This document shows, piece by piece, positions 9,962 through 21,108 of a DNA stretch of 64,000 nt. A model generated the notes under the pieces. That model did not search any database, was not told the origin of the DNA, and was given only the letters and a program-made list of their open reading frames with translations. The first letter of the stretch is position 1. Every line of letters begins with the position of its first letter. The DNA comes from an uncultured Verrucomicrobiae bacterium (lineage in GTDB: Bacteria > Verrucomicrobiota > Verrucomicrobiia > Limisphaerales > Palsa-1400). The DNA is taken from NCBI GenBank assembly GCA_963707025.1, contig CAVPOM010000018.1, positions 384,001-448,000 of the forward strand, read 5' to 3'. Both the position numbers and the translations under genes were made by a program.

Positions 9962-9988
9962 ATCCCTGCCTGCCTTACAAATTCCGCC

Positions 9989-10366
9989 ATGACAAATATC
10001 ACAAGTTTAACCTCAACCCAACTCAACCAAATTATCGCCATCAAGCAGAAGATTGAGGCTCTCCAAGGCCAAATCGAATCAATCGCTGGTGGCGGAGGCG
10101 AAATTCCAATCCCGTCAGCCGAAGAGGCGGCCGCTCCCGCCAGGCGCAAATATCACATGACCGCCGCCCACAAGCGTAAACTCATTAAAGCCCTGGTGCG
10201 GGCGCGGAAAATACGCTGGGCAAAGGTCAAAGGGAAGGCGAAGGGCAACTCAAAGCCGGCCAGGATGAAATATCGGCGCGCCAGTCCGGCGTTGAGGGCC
10301 AAACTCTCTGCCGCAGCCAAAGCGAGATGGGCCAGGGTGAAGGCGGAAGGGAAGAAGACGCTTTAG
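9989..10366 (+). CDS. Small basic putative DNA-binding protein (N-terminal coiled coil plus two K/R-rich 'ARWAKVK' repeats)
   Basis: IKQKIEALQGQIESI; RARKIRWAKVKG and SAAAKARWARVKAEG. Confidence 0.75.
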   Translation: MTNITSLTSTQLNQIIAIKQKIEALQGQIESIAGGGGEIPIPSAEEAAAPARRKYHMTAAHKRKLIKALVRARKIRWAKVKGKAKGNSKPARMKYRRASPALRAKLSAAAKARWARVKAEGKKTL

Positions 10367-10452
10367 CCGAAATCAAGGACGAGTTGGATGCTGGCCGGCC
10401 ATGATGTGCAGCACAGGCGGGAGGAATTACTGTAGAGGAAGTTCCAGCGGGG

Positions 10453-10486
10453 CAAGAGAACGGGCGGAACCCGATGGATTCCGCCC
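10453..10486 (-). terminator. Intrinsic terminator after the RRM gene
   Basis: GGGCGGAATCC-ATC-GGGTTCCGCCC followed by GTTCTCTT on the minus strand. Confidence 0.6.
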
Positions 10487-10533
10487 TGGCATTTCCGCGA
10501 AATGTGATTCGGGAAAAGTTGGCTCGCGAAGGA

Positions 10534-10866
10534 TTATCGCGAATACTGACGGCCGCGTCCGCCGCCGCCGCCGCCGCCGTAACCGCCGCGGGAACCGCCG
10601 CCGCCGCCGGAACGCTCTTCGCGGGGACGGGCTTCGTTGACGGTCAGATCACGGCCCTGGATGTTCTTGCCATTGACCTGGGCGATGGCGGCCTGGGCGC
10701 CTTCCGGGGTGGCCATGGTGACAAAGGCGAAGCCGCGGGGACGGTTGGTGGAACGATCCATCACCAGGTTGACTTCCGAGACGGGGCCGCAGGCGGCAAA
10801 AAGGTCCTGCAAGTCGTTTTCGGTGGTGTCAAATGAAAGGTTCCCGACATATAGTTTGGTATTCAT
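10534..10866 (-). CDS. RNA-recognition-motif (RRM) RNA-binding protein with Gly-rich tail
   Basis: RNP2 LYVGNL, RNP1 [18 protein letters not shown]. Confidence 0.97.
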   Translation of the reverse strand: MNTKLYVGNLSFDTTENDLQDLFAACGPVSEVNLVMDRSTNRPRGFAFVTMATPEGAQAAIAQVNGKNIQGRDLTVNEARPREERSGGGGGSRGGYGGGGGGGRGRQYSR

Positions 10867-11203
10867 ACTTCTAATTTCAATTACTTTACTTCAGATAGAT
10901 TAAGATTACTGCGCTTCCAACGGTTCCCGACGATCGGGTCTCAATCACCACTGAACAAAGTTCACTTGGAGAATTCCCATAGCGGATTCGTAGAATGATC
11001 TAATCTGCCCATCAACATGACAGATGGCGGGCCGAATGCAAGCAAAAAATTGACCCGAATGGGATGGCCGCGCATAACACGCTCCGCGCCAATGGCTTGC
11101 GCGCGAATTAAAGGCGGCTGAAATCAGCCCCGGCCGGCTGCGCTCACACTCTTTATTGATTCTCCTGCTGACAAAGGGAGGGGGGAGCGGGTAGTTTGGG
11201 GGC

Positions 11204-12052
11204 ATGGCGCAACTAATCACATTGGGACATTCGCCAGACCCGGATGACGCCTTCATGTTTTACGGGCTGGCCAGGGAGTTGATTCCGAGGCACGGGCTGG
11301 AGTTCCAGCTTATTCTCCAGGACATCCAAACCTTGAATGAGCGGGCGACGCGCGGGGAACTGGATGTTTCGGCCATCAGCTTTCACGCCTACGCTTACGT
11401 CAGCGGGCAATACGCCCTGCTGCCCAGCGGGGCCAGCATGGGGGACGGCTACGGGCCCCTGCTGGTGGCGCGACGCGCGTTGGGGAAGACGGAACTGGCC
11501 GGCAAAAAGATCGCCGTGCCCGGCACGATGACGAGCGCGTTCCTGGCCCTGCAGCTCTGGCTGGAACGTCCGGCGGCCGGGCTGAATTATGTGGTGGTGC
11601 CGTTCGACCAGATTTTTCAGGCGGTGCGCAGCGGCCAGGCGGAGGCCGGGCTGATCATCCACGAGGGCCAGTTGACTTACCAGAGCCAGGGGCTGGAGTT
11701 GTGCCAGGATTTAGGGGCGTGGTGGAAGGAGGCGCAGGAGGGGCTGCCCTTGCCGCTGGGGGGCAACGTGGTGCATAAGCGGCTGGAGCCGGCGACGCGG
11801 CGGGTCATCGCGGAGATTTTAAAGGCCAGCATCCAATTCGGCCTGGAACACCGGGCCGAAGCGGTCGGGCACGCCTTGCCCTACGCGCGGGACATGGGCC
11901 GGGAGCGGGCGGAGCAGTTTGTCGGGATGTATGTCAATCATTGGACGCTGGATTACGGGGAGAAAGGGCGGGAGGCGATCCGGCGGTTTCTGCGTCTGGC
12001 GCACGAGCGGGGGCTGGTGCCGCGGGCGCCGGAGCCGGAGTTCGTGGTTTAA
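11204..12052 (+). CDS. mqnD: 1,4-dihydroxy-6-naphthoate synthase (futalosine menaquinone pathway)
   Basis: HSPDPDDAFMFY, DIQTLN, GDGYGP, IIHEGQ, LPLPLG, MYVN. Confidence 0.88.
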   Translation: MAQLITLGHSPDPDDAFMFYGLARELIPRHGLEFQLILQDIQTLNERATRGELDVSAISFHAYAYVSGQYALLPSGASMGDGYGPLLVARRALGKTELAGKKIAVPGTMTSAFLALQLWLERPAAGLNYVVVPFDQIFQAVRSGQAEAGLIIHEGQLTYQSQGLELCQDLGAWWKEAQEGLPLPLGGNVVHKRLEPATRRVIAEILKASIQFGLEHRAEAVGHALPYARDMGRERAEQFVGMYVNHWTLDYGEKGREAIRRFLRLAHERGLVPRAPEPEFVV

Positions 12053-12065
12053 AGCCGGCGCGGCG

Positions 12066-12569
12066 TCAGGTTTCCCCGGGCAGGCTCCGGGCCGCCAGGG
12101 CCTGGAGCGCCTGGCCGGTCAGCCGATGCACCGTCCAATCCGCCATCGGCAGCGCGCCCAGGGAATGGTAGAAGTCAAGCGAAGGTTTGTTCCAATCCAG
12201 CACCCACCATTCAAACCGTCCGCAATCCCGCTGCCGGGCCAGGCGCGCCAGATATATCATCAGCGCCTTGCCGCAGCCCCGTCCCCGAAACCGCGGACGC
12301 ACATACAAATCCTCCAGGTAAATCCCCGGCTTGCCCACGAAGGTGGAGAAATTATGGAAAAAAACGGCAAACCCGGCCGCCTCCCGCCCCAGGCGCGCCA
12401 GAATGACTTCGGCGGTGGGACGCCGGCCAAAAAGATGGCGCCGCAGCAACTTTTCCGTGGCGGTGACTTCATGGGCCAGCTTTTCGTAGGCGGCCAATTC
12501 GCGGATGAACTGCAGGATCAGCGGCACATCAGCCGGCCTGGCGGCGCGGATGCTAATTTTTCCTTTCAT
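12066..12569 (-). CDS. GNAT N-acetyltransferase (spermidine/diamine acetyltransferase-like)
   Basis: ELAAYEKL, FSTFVGKPGIYLEDLYV, RGRGCG, VLDWNKPS..FY. Confidence 0.92.
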   Translation of the reverse strand: MKGKISIRAARPADVPLILQFIRELAAYEKLAHEVTATEKLLRRHLFGRRPTAEVILARLGREAAGFAVFFHNFSTFVGKPGIYLEDLYVRPRFRGRGCGKALMIYLARLARQRDCGRFEWWVLDWNKPSLDFYHSLGALPMADWTVHRLTGQALQALAARSLPGET

Positions 12570-12584
12570 GACTTGGGACGACTT

Positions 12585-12674
12585 GATTGAGAATTTGTCA
12601 TGGAAGATTTGTTATTGGTTATCGGAAGACGTTGTAAATGACAAATGACCAATTCGCAATGACCAGTTTTCAAT
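12585..12674. repeat. Degenerate inverted array of AATGAC(A/C) heptamers
   Basis: GATTGAGAATTTGTCAT..TTTGTTATTGGTTAT versus AAATGACAAATGACCAAT..AATGACCAGTTTTCAATC. Confidence 0.5.
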
Positions 12675-12869
12675 CGTTTGCATCGCTTAAACCCTGCCCG
12701 GGTCAGAGCAGCGCCAAAACAAGTGAAATGGGCCCCTTGGCGGGACCAAGCCGCAAAAAACTCTTGCAAATTCCGGCCCGCCGGTTCAAGTTAGTGCCGT
12801 GCTGGTTTTGGGATGACAATTTCTTGAATCAAAGGAGAATGGCGCCGTTAATCGCGCCCGCTAATTTGC

Positions 12870-15800
12870 ATGAGAATGACTGCCGTTCTGCGGAGGATGA
12901 TGAGGCCGGCTGGTTGGCCGCTGTTGCCTGTTTTTGCGGCGGCCCTGGTCCGCCGCCGCCGTCTGGCGCTGCTGGCCGCGGCCGTGGTGCTGCCCTGCCT
13001 GTCCAGCCGTGCGGCGGCCGGATCGGGGGTCACGCTGGTTCACACTTTTTCCGCGCCCGAGTTGGCCTTCCCTTCGCCCGTAATGACCGCCGACGGGGCC
13101 AGTCCGGGAGCCAGGATGATCCTCGGCAACGGCGGGACCTTATATGGAACCACCACCACCGGCGGCCTCTATGGGGCGGGCATAATTTTTAGCCTGTCCA
13201 CGTCCGGCAATTTGACGGATTTATACGATTTCCAGGGAATCGTGGACAGCGACGGCCTGGCATATTACGACCTCGGCTTGAACGAACTGACGCCCGGGCC
13301 CCGGAACTTCTTCTATGGCACAACCCAGCGCGGCGGGACCAACCGCAATGGCACCGTCTTTGAGATGGCGACCTCAGGACAAGAACTGGACCTTTATGTT
13401 TTCAGCGCGGAAGGGACCAATGCTTCCGGCAATATTTCCGGTTCCAACCCCGACGGCATGATTCCGACCGGCGCCCTGGTGGAGGGGACGAACGGCATTT
13501 TTTACGGGACGACCCAATACGGCGGGGCCAACGGCACCGGGACGATCTTTCAAATCACGCCCAACGGGGCCTTCACCAGCGTCTATTCGTTCAGCGCCTT
13601 GGGCGGCGCTAACTTCGACGCCAATGCCGACGGCGCCACGCCCAACAGTCTGACGCTGGGAACGGATGGCAATTTCTACGGCACCACCCAGGCGGGCGGC
13701 GCCAATGGATGGGGCACGTTTTTTCAGTTCACCACCGCCGGCGCGCTCACCCCGCTTTATTCCTTTGCCGCCACGGACAGTGATGCCGCCTCCCCGCAAG
13801 CCGCCCTGGTGCAGGGCGCCAATGGCAGTTTTTATGGCACGAGCACCTTCGGCGGTTCCGGTCTGAGCGGGACAATTTTTGCAATGACACCCTCCGGAGC
13901 GGAGAAGGTGCTTTATTCCTTTTCGGGCGGCAACGACGGCGGGCTTCCCAACGCCGCGCTGACCCTGGGATCGGACGGCAATTTCTATGGCACCACTGCC
14001 GGCGCGGGCGTGAACGGCAACGGCACGCTTTTTAAAATCTCCCCGGCGGGCGCGTTCAGCTCCATCTATTCCTTCGCGGCGTTGAATGCGAATTCTGAGA
14101 ATCCAATCGGGGCAAATCCATCCGCCGCCCTGACCCAGGGCCGGGATGGCAATTTGTACCGGCAGTTGCCTGGCCGGCGGCGCCAATGGCACCGGCACGA
14201 TCTTTTCTTACACCAATGCCGCTTTTGCCTCCCCTTACCAGCCGCCCTCGATCACAGCCCAGCCTCCGGCCAAATTGAGCGGGGTGGCCGGGATGTGGGT
14301 CACGTTGAACGTGGCGGCCAAAGGGGCACCGCCGTTGGGCTATCAATGGTTGGAGAATAAAACCAACCTGTTGAGCGACGGCGGCGACATCGCCGGTTCG
14401 GCGACCAGCGCCCTGGTCGTCGGCCCTCTCCAGGCCGGCGATGCCGGAAGCTATGCGGTGATCGTCACCAATGATTACGGCGCGACCAACAGTGCGACCG
14501 CGATTTTGACGGTGACGCCCGACACCAAGCCGCCCACCGTGGCCATCGCCTCGCCGGTGGCCAAGGCACGCACCAATGCGCCCGTCTTCAACGGAACCGC
14601 CTCGGACAACTCCCGGGTCACCAATGTGGCCTGGTGGCTGACCAATCTTAATGGCGGCCCAGTCCTGAGCAACACGGCCGCGCTGACGCGCGGGGGGTCC
14701 AACTGGTCCATCGCCGTGACGCCATTTCCCGGCACCAATGTTTTGGCGGTGCAAAGCGTGGATTCGTCGGGGCTGAAATCAAAAACCGCCGTCCAGACTT
14801 TCTTTTACAAAGTGACCAACTCATTGGGCCTCTGGGCGGGCGGCGACGGCCTCGGCTCCTTCAGCAGCCCGGCGGCTTCGGTGAAAAACGACCCGGTCCC
14901 GGCCAATGGCGCGGTCTTGAATATTGGGGAGGGGTATTCGATCACGGCGGTGGCGGACAAAAATTCCCTGTTCAGCAACTGGGTCGGCTCCTCGGACCTG
15001 GCCGGCTTCACCAACACCGGCGCCGTTTTGCACTTTGTCATGCAATCCAACCTGGTGTTGACAGCCAATTTCGCCACCAATTTCTTCCTGGCCGCGCACG
15101 GAACCTACAACGGCCTTTTCTTCAACACCAACGCCGTCGCGGCGGAATCCTCCGGCATGCTCAGGAGCCTGTTGCTGGGGACCAACGGCACCTTCAGCGG
15201 ACATTTGTTGAAAGCGGGAACGACTTACACTCTCACGGGCCGCTTCGATGTTTCCGGGCGCTTCTCTGCCAGCTTCGGCCCCGCCTCCGCGCCCGGCGGG
15301 GTCTTGCAGGCCAACTGGACGGTGGACCGGGTGGCGCAGCAAATCGTGGGGACGGTTTCCAACACCCAATGGAATGCCAATTTGACGGCGGAGCTGGCCG
15401 GAACCAATCTGCCCTCAGCGGAGTACACCCTGCTGCTGGCGCCATCCGCCAGCGCGCCCGCCAATACGCCGCCGGGCGACGGCTATGCCGCGGTCACCAA
15501 TCACCTCGGCAACGTAACCTTCCTCGGCCATCTGGCTGACGGAGCCTCGATCACTCCCTCCGCGGCTGAATCCCAGAACGGGGATCTGCCGGTCTATGCC
15601 AGCCTCTACGGAAACACCGGGCTGCTGCTGGGTTGGATCAACCTGGCCAATCTGGAGGCCGCTCCGCCGGGCAACACGCTGGCTTGGATTAAGAAGGCAT
15701 CGCGCAGCTACCCTCCTTACACCAACGGGTTCACCAATACCTTGATCGTGCAGGGCGCGCCTTGGACCAATCCGCCGGCCAAAACGCCCGCCATCGCCTT

Positions 15801-16080
15801 GTCGGCAGGGCAGTTGGTCATTTCCAACGCCAACCTTTTCCTCCTCTTTACCAACGTGTCGGTCAGCACCAGCAACACCCTGGTCAAAGTTGGCGCTCAG
15901 CCGACCAATTCATTGACAGGTTCGATTGCGCCCAAGACCGGCCTGCTGACCTTGGCCTTTGGCAACGGCAAGACCACCACGCCGGGATTGGGCGCCGTCT
16001 TGCAGAATCAGACCAATGGCGGGGGATTTTTCCTTGGAACGACCAACGCCGGCATCATTTCCCTCCTGCCGCCGCAGTAA
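12870..16080 (+). CDS. Large secreted protein: GloVer/TIGR03803-type tandem repeats + Ig-like domains + beta-rich C-terminus; +1 frameshift at ~14160
   Basis: Repeats DGNFYGTT..GGANG.GTIF; removing one C at 14159/14160 joins GNLY to GSCLAGGANGTGTIF; then PPSITAQP..YQW..DAGSYAVIV. Confidence 0.85.
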
Positions 16081-16233
16081 GACACAGGCCATTCCATACC
16101 GCCCGGGTGGAATCCCGATCCAATTCGGACTCGTCCCGCCAGGCCACTGGCCCGAAAGAAGTTCCGGCTTCGCCCCAATTCGCAGATTGCCCTCTTTGTT
16201 GAGGCCGATACACTCGGCGCTGTCCGCCATGTT

Positions 16234-18513
16234 ATGAGCAAATTCTTTCATCAGTCTTTAGCCGCTGCCGCGGGCGCGTTGTTGACCTTGCTTGCCGGAT
16301 GCCAGCACGAGCCTGTCCGCGATCCGGTTGCCGTTGTGCCGGCCGATTTAACGCTCTGGTATGATCATCCGGCCGGCAATAACAAGCCCATGGAGGAAGC
16401 CCTGGCCATCGGCAATGGCCGGATGGGCGGCTTGATCTTCGGCGCCCCGGCCCGGGAGCGCATCTCCATTAACGAGGACAGCCTTTGGACGGGAGACGAA
16501 AATCCGTCGGGCAACGACAACACGATGGGGGCCTATCAGGTCTTCGGCAATCTGTATGTCAACCTGCCGGGCCACACCAACGCCGGCGCCTATCGCCGCG
16601 ACCTGGACCTGGCCACGGCGCGGGCGCATGTCAGCTATCAGGCCGGCGGCGTCCAATACCGGCGCGAGTTTTTTTGCAGCCATCCGGCCGGCGTGCTGGT
16701 GGCCCGGTTCAGCGCCGATCAACCGCAGCGCTACGCCGGCGCCATCGAACTGGCGGATGCCCATCGCGGAGTGGCTGTCGTGGACGGCGACCGGCTGATC
16801 GTTTCGGGCCAGCTCAACAACGGTCTCAAATATGAATGGCAGGCGCGGGTGCTGCACGAGGGCGGCTCGCTCCAGGCTCGCGGCGCCACTCTGGAGTTCC
16901 AAGATTGCGACAGTCTCACCCTCCTCGTGGCCGCGGGCACGGACTATGCCATGGACCATGCCAAAAACTACCGCGGCGAGGACCCGCATGGGCGGCTGAC
17001 GGCGGCCTTGGAGGCGGCGTCGCGCCAAAGCTATGGCGCGCTTGCGGCCGGGCAGGAGAAGGATTTTCAAAGCCTCTTCAGCCGCGTCGCGGCGGACTTC
17101 GGACGGTCCACGCCCGCGCAACTGGCCGAGCCGACCGACCGGCGCAAACTGGCCGCCGCGCAGACGGTGGACCCCGGACTGGAGCAACTGCTTTTCCAAT
17201 ACGGGCGCTATCTGCTGATCTCGTGCTCGCGCCCCGGCGGGCTGCCGGCCAATTTGCAGGGGCTGTGGAACGACAACAACAGCCCGCCCTGGCACTCCGA
17301 TTATCACGCCAACATCAATGTCGAGATGAATTATTGGCCGGCGGAAACGGCCAACCTGGGCGAGTGCCACCTGCCGTTCTTCGACCTGATGCAAAGCCAG
17401 TTGCCAGCGTGGCGCAAGACCAGCGCGCTCTCCCCCGACTTGAAGACGCCCGCCGGCGCCCTGACCGCGCGCGGCTTCGCCCTGCGCACCTCCCACAACA
17501 TCATGGGCGGGATGGGCTGGAAATGGGACAAAACCGCCAATGCCTGGTACTGCCACCATCTCTGGGAGCACTACGCTTTCAGCCAGGACCAAAACTTCCT
17601 CCGCCACACGGCTTATCCCATCATGAAAGAAGTCTGCCAGTTCTGGGAGGATCATTTGAAGGAACTGCCCGATGGCCGGCTGGTGGTCCCCAACGGCTGG
17701 TCGCCCGAGCACGGCCCGGAGGAGGACGGGGTGAGTTACAACCAGGAAATGGTCTGGGACCTGTTCGACAACTATGTCCGGGCTTGCGATGTTCTTAGTA
17801 TTGACGATGATTATCGCGGCAAAATCGCCGGGATGCGCGACCGGCTGGCCGCCCCCGGCATCGGCAGTTGGGGACAGTTGCTCGAATGGCTGACGGAGAA
17901 GAAGGACCGCCGCTATCCCGAACTGGACACGACCAACGACCACCACCGGCACACCTCCCATCTGTTCGCCGTTTTTCCCGGACACCAGATCACCCTGGCC
18001 CAAACGCCCGCGCTGGCGGCGGCGGCGAGAGTCTCGCTGGAGGCGCGCGGGACCGATCCCGGCAGCGACGTGCGCGAATGGTCCTTTGCCTGGCGCACCG
18101 CCCTCTACGCGCGGCTCCATGACGGGGAGAGCGCGCATCGCATGCTCCAGCAATTATTGTCCGCGCGCAACAGCGCGCCCAATCTTTTTGGCCTGCACCC
18201 GCCCGTGCAGTTGGACGGCAATTTCGGCGTCACGGCGGGAATCGCCGAGATGCTGCTGCAAAGCCACGAGGGGGAAATCCATCTCCTGCCGGCGCTGCCC
18301 GCCGCCTGGCCCGATGGCTCGGTCAAAGGCTTGCGCGCCCGCGGCGGATTCGAGGTGGGCCTGTTTTGGCGTGGCGGTCAATTGACTGCCGCCACCATCC
18401 GCAGCTTGGACGGCCAGCCCTGCAAAATTCGCTACGGAGTCAAGACGATTGATCTCAACTTGCACAAGGGCAAAACCACCCGGCTGGATGCGGACTTGAA
18501 CGGATTGATTTAG
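16234..18513 (+). CDS. Glycoside hydrolase family 95 (alpha-L-fucosidase/galactosidase), lipoprotein
   Basis: LLAGC lipobox; [52 protein letters not shown]. Confidence 0.95.
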   Translation: MSKFFHQSLAAAAGALLTLLAGCQHEPVRDPVAVVPADLTLWYDHPAGNNKPMEEALAIGNGRMGGLIFGAPARERISINEDSLWTGDENPSGNDNTMGAYQVFGNLYVNLPGHTNAGAYRRDLDLATARAHVSYQAGGVQYRREFFCSHPAGVLVARFSADQPQRYAGAIELADAHRGVAVVDGDRLIVSGQLNNGLKYEWQARVLHEGGSLQARGATLEFQDCDSLTLLVAAGTDYAMDHAKNYRGEDPHGRLTAALEAASRQSYGALAAGQEKDFQSLFSRVAADFGRSTPAQLAEPTDRRKLAAAQTVDPGLEQLLFQYGRYLLISCSRPGGLPANLQGLWNDNNSPPWHSDYHANINVEMNYWPAETANLGECHLPFFDLMQSQLPAWRKTSALSPDLKTPAGALTARGFALRTSHNIMGGMGWKWDKTANAWYCHHLWEHYAFSQDQNFLRHTAYPIMKEVCQFWEDHLKELPDGRLVVPNGWSPEHGPEEDGVSYNQEMVWDLFDNYVRACDVLSIDDDYRGKIAGMRDRLAAPGIGSWGQLLEWLTEKKDRRYPELDTTNDHHRHTSHLFAVFPGHQITLAQTPALAAAARVSLEARGTDPGSDVREWSFAWRTALYARLHDGESAHRMLQQLLSARNSAPNLFGLHPPVQLDGNFGVTAGIAEMLLQSHEGEIHLLPALPAAWPDGSVKGLRARGGFEVGLFWRGGQLTAATIRSLDGQPCKIRYGVKTIDLNLHKGKTTRLDADLNGLI

Positions 18514-19121
18514 CTGCGGTGAATTTCCACTTGCGCTCCCGGCTCCATTTTCAATCCCGCATCCCCGCCCCGCCACTGCCGGGTGAAGTCATGCAAATAC
18601 AACAGTCCCGAGACCACGGTGAAGAGGCCCGCGCCGGCGGTGATAAAAGGCAGGGGCGCGGCGGGAAATTGGAGCAGCGTCCAGAGGACCGCGGTCATTT
18701 GCAGGACGGTGGCCAGCTTGCCGGGGAGGCGGGGCCGGGCCGTGAATTTGCCCCAGGCGCAACGGATGGCCACCATGCCGCCCAGCAGGATCAGTTCGCG
18801 GGTCACCACAATCGCGGCCAGCCACCAGGGAATTTGCGCAAAGCGCTGGCGGCTGTCAACACTCAGGATGACCAGGGCCGAAACGAGCAGCAATTTATCC
18901 GCCAGCGGATCGAGAATGGCGCCCAGCTCGCTTCTCTGGTTGTAGCGGCGGGCGATGTATCCATCCAGCGCGTCGCCCAGGGCGGCGAGGGCGAAGCAGC
19001 CGATGGCCGCCAGGCGATGGCCTTCGTTTCCAGTGTTGACATAGCTGATAATCTGGGCAACAAAAAGCGGCACGAATATAATTCGCGCGAGGGTGACTTT
19101 GTTGGCCGTCGTCAGGGTCAT
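18510..19121 (-). CDS. pgsA: CDP-alcohol phosphatidyltransferase (PgsA-like)
   Basis: [31 protein letters not shown]. Confidence 0.85.
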   Translation of the reverse strand: MTLTTANKVTLARIIFVPLFVAQIISYVNTGNEGHRLAAIGCFALAALGDALDGYIARRYNQRSELGAILDPLADKLLLVSALVILSVDSRQRFAQIPWWLAAIVVTRELILLGGMVAIRCAWGKFTARPRLPGKLATVLQMTAVLWTLLQFPAAPLPFITAGAGLFTVVSGLLYLHDFTRQWRGGDAGLKMEPGAQVEIHRS

Positions 19122-19180
19122 AATTGTTGCCATTGTCGCAATGCAGTTTAAGTTTACACCATAACGCATCCCATTTAAAG

Positions 19181-19834
19181 TTGAAAACATTCTTCATATT
19201 GACGGCGATTTCGGCCCTGGCCCTGGCGGGGTGTGTAGCCCTGAACGTTCCGGGATTCCTGGCTTCGCAAAATTTTGATGAGGTCAAACCGGGCGAACTG
19301 CCCCCCGCCTGGCTGGCGGGTGTCACGGGTCCCGGCCAGGCCCAATGGGCGGTGGTGGCGGACCCCGGCGCGCCGAGCGGTCCGAACGTCCTCCAACAAT
19401 CGGGCCGGGCCAGGTTTTGCTGGTGTGTGCAGACCCATCTTTTGCTCCGGGACGGTTTTGTGGCCGTGAAGTTCAAGCCGGTTTCGGGCCAGGAAGACCA
19501 GGCCGGCGGGCTGATCTGGCGCTGGCAGGACGGCGACAATTACTACGTGGCGCGCGCCAACGCGCTGGAGAACAATGTCACCATTTATCACACGATCCAT
19601 GGGATCCGGACGGAGAAGGGCCGCGCCTCCTTCGATGTCGCCTCCGGCCAGTGGCACGATTTGCGCCTGGATTTTCACGGGCCGCACTTCATCGTGACGT
19701 TTGACGGCAGGAAGGCGCTGACTTGGGACGACGAGACGTTCAAAAATGCCGGGGCGGTGGGCGTCTGGACCAAGGCGGACAGCGTGACGCAGTTTGACAA
19801 TTTCCAATGGGGGACTGGCGGAGATTCGCCTTAG
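19181..19834 (+). CDS. Lipoprotein with DUF1080-like jelly-roll domain
   Basis: LALAGC lipobox; GQEDQAGGLIWRWQDGDNYYVARANALENN, WH.LR, GAVGVWTKADS. Confidence 0.75.
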   Translation: MKTFFILTAISALALAGCVALNVPGFLASQNFDEVKPGELPPAWLAGVTGPGQAQWAVVADPGAPSGPNVLQQSGRARFCWCVQTHLLLRDGFVAVKFKPVSGQEDQAGGLIWRWQDGDNYYVARANALENNVTIYHTIHGIRTEKGRASFDVASGQWHDLRLDFHGPHFIVTFDGRKALTWDDETFKNAGAVGVWTKADSVTQFDNFQWGTGGDSP

Positions 19835-20631
19835 GAGAGGAGAGGCGCTTCGCTGTGCCGGCGTTGGGAGAAGCGGCGGTAATGGGTATAACCGACGGAG
19901 CGCGCCAGGGCCACGGCCTGGCCGAAGGCGTGGCCCACTTCACCCGGCGCGTGGGCATCGGAGCCGAAGGTGACGGGCACTTTTTTTTGCGCGGCCAGTT
20001 GGAGCAAGGCGCGGCTGGGATAGATTTCCCGGCAATCCTTGCGCAGGCCGGCGGTGTTGAGTTCGATGGCGATATTGTTTTTGTGGACGGCATCAAGGAA
20101 CCGGAGGTAGAGCGGGGCGCAATCCTGCCGCGGGCGGATGTTGAATTTTTTCGGCAGATCGGCGTGGCCGATGATCTCAAACAGGCCCGAGGCGGCCGCC
20201 TGGGTCAGCCGCTCAAAATAAATGGACCAAACCTCGAAGGCATCGGCCTGCTGCCAGCGGGAAAGATGCTCCGGGTTGTCCACCGCCCAGGTGTCCGAGA
20301 TGTAATGAACCGAGCCGATGAAATAGTCCCAGGGATGACGGGCCGCCAGGTCCCGAATCCAATCTTCGTGGCCCGGCAGAAAGTCCACCTCCAGTGCCAG
20401 CTTGATGCGCAGGGCGGGATGGTCCTTTTGCGCCTGCCGCACTTTTTCCACATACTCGCCCAATTGATCCAGGCGCATCCGCCAGTTGTCAAAATCATCC
20501 TGCCGCATGGGCGAGTGATCACTGAAGCCGATCTCGCTCAAACCGGCGGCCAGGGCCTGCGCCGCGTATTCCGCCGGCTCGCCCGTGGCATGGCGGCAAA
20601 GCGGCGTGTGCATGTGATAATCGGGAGGCAT
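19831..20631 (-). CDS. hisJ: Histidinol-phosphatase HisJ family (PHP domain)
   Basis: DYHMHT..CRHA, GFSDHSP, IGSVH, GHADL, ELNTAG, GSDAH. Confidence 0.88.
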   Translation of the reverse strand: MPPDYHMHTPLCRHATGEPAEYAAQALAAGLSEIGFSDHSPMRQDDFDNWRMRLDQLGEYVEKVRQAQKDHPALRIKLALEVDFLPGHEDWIRDLAARHPWDYFIGSVHYISDTWAVDNPEHLSRWQQADAFEVWSIYFERLTQAAASGLFEIIGHADLPKKFNIRPRQDCAPLYLRFLDAVHKNNIAIELNTAGLRKDCREIYPSRALLQLAAQKKVPVTFGSDAHAPGEVGHAFGQAVALARSVGYTHYRRFSQRRHSEAPLLS

Positions 20632-20634
20632 GAG

Positions 20635-20665
20635 GAATGGTGAATGGTGAATGGTGAATGGTGAA
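20635..20665. repeat. Heptamer tandem repeat (GAATGGT)x4.4 immediately upstream of the hisJ start
   Basis: Direct reading. Confidence 0.85.
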
Positions 20666-20694
20666 AGGGAAACGGCCGGTCAAGCGGGGGGGGG

Positions 20695-21108
20695 TCACCG
20701 GCCCAGGGAGAGGTTGCGCACGACCGCGGCGGCGGAACGGGCTTTGTTCAAGGTGTAAAAGTGCAGGCCCGGCACGCCCCGGCGCAGCAATTCGGCGCAT
20801 TGTTGGGTGGCGTATTCGATGCCGAATTCCGCGCAGCCCTGGTCGTCATCCCTGTATTTTTCCAGGCTGGCCAGCAAAAGGGCGGGCAGGGCCGCGCCGC
20901 CCAGGGCGGTGAAGCGTTGGATCTGATGCGCGCTCAGGATCGGGATGATGCCGGGGCAATAATCCGGCTGCACGGCCTTGAGGGCCGGGAGGGTGTTTTC
21001 CAGGAGGGTGCGGCCGCCCTCGTCTGTTTTGGGCGGAAAGAACTCAAAGGAGACGACCGGTTGCCCGGCGGCGGCCTTCCTGGCATGAATATCGCGGATG
21101 AATTCCAT
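20695..21108 (-). pseudogene. metF: Methylenetetrahydrofolate reductase with large in-frame internal deletion (137 aa left)
   Basis: N-terminal SFEFFPPKT..PDYC fused directly to C-terminal PGIIPI...GLHFYTLN; SVTYGAGG, HLT, ALRGD and TQ segments absent. Confidence 0.85.

Noticed and set aside
10555..10612. (GCC)n microsatellite
   Set aside because: Encodes the normal Gly-rich tail of the RRM protein.
13130..14210. Regularly spaced DNA repeats resembling an array
   Set aside because: Protein-coding GloVer-type repeats with synonymous variation; not CRISPR, and no cas genes.
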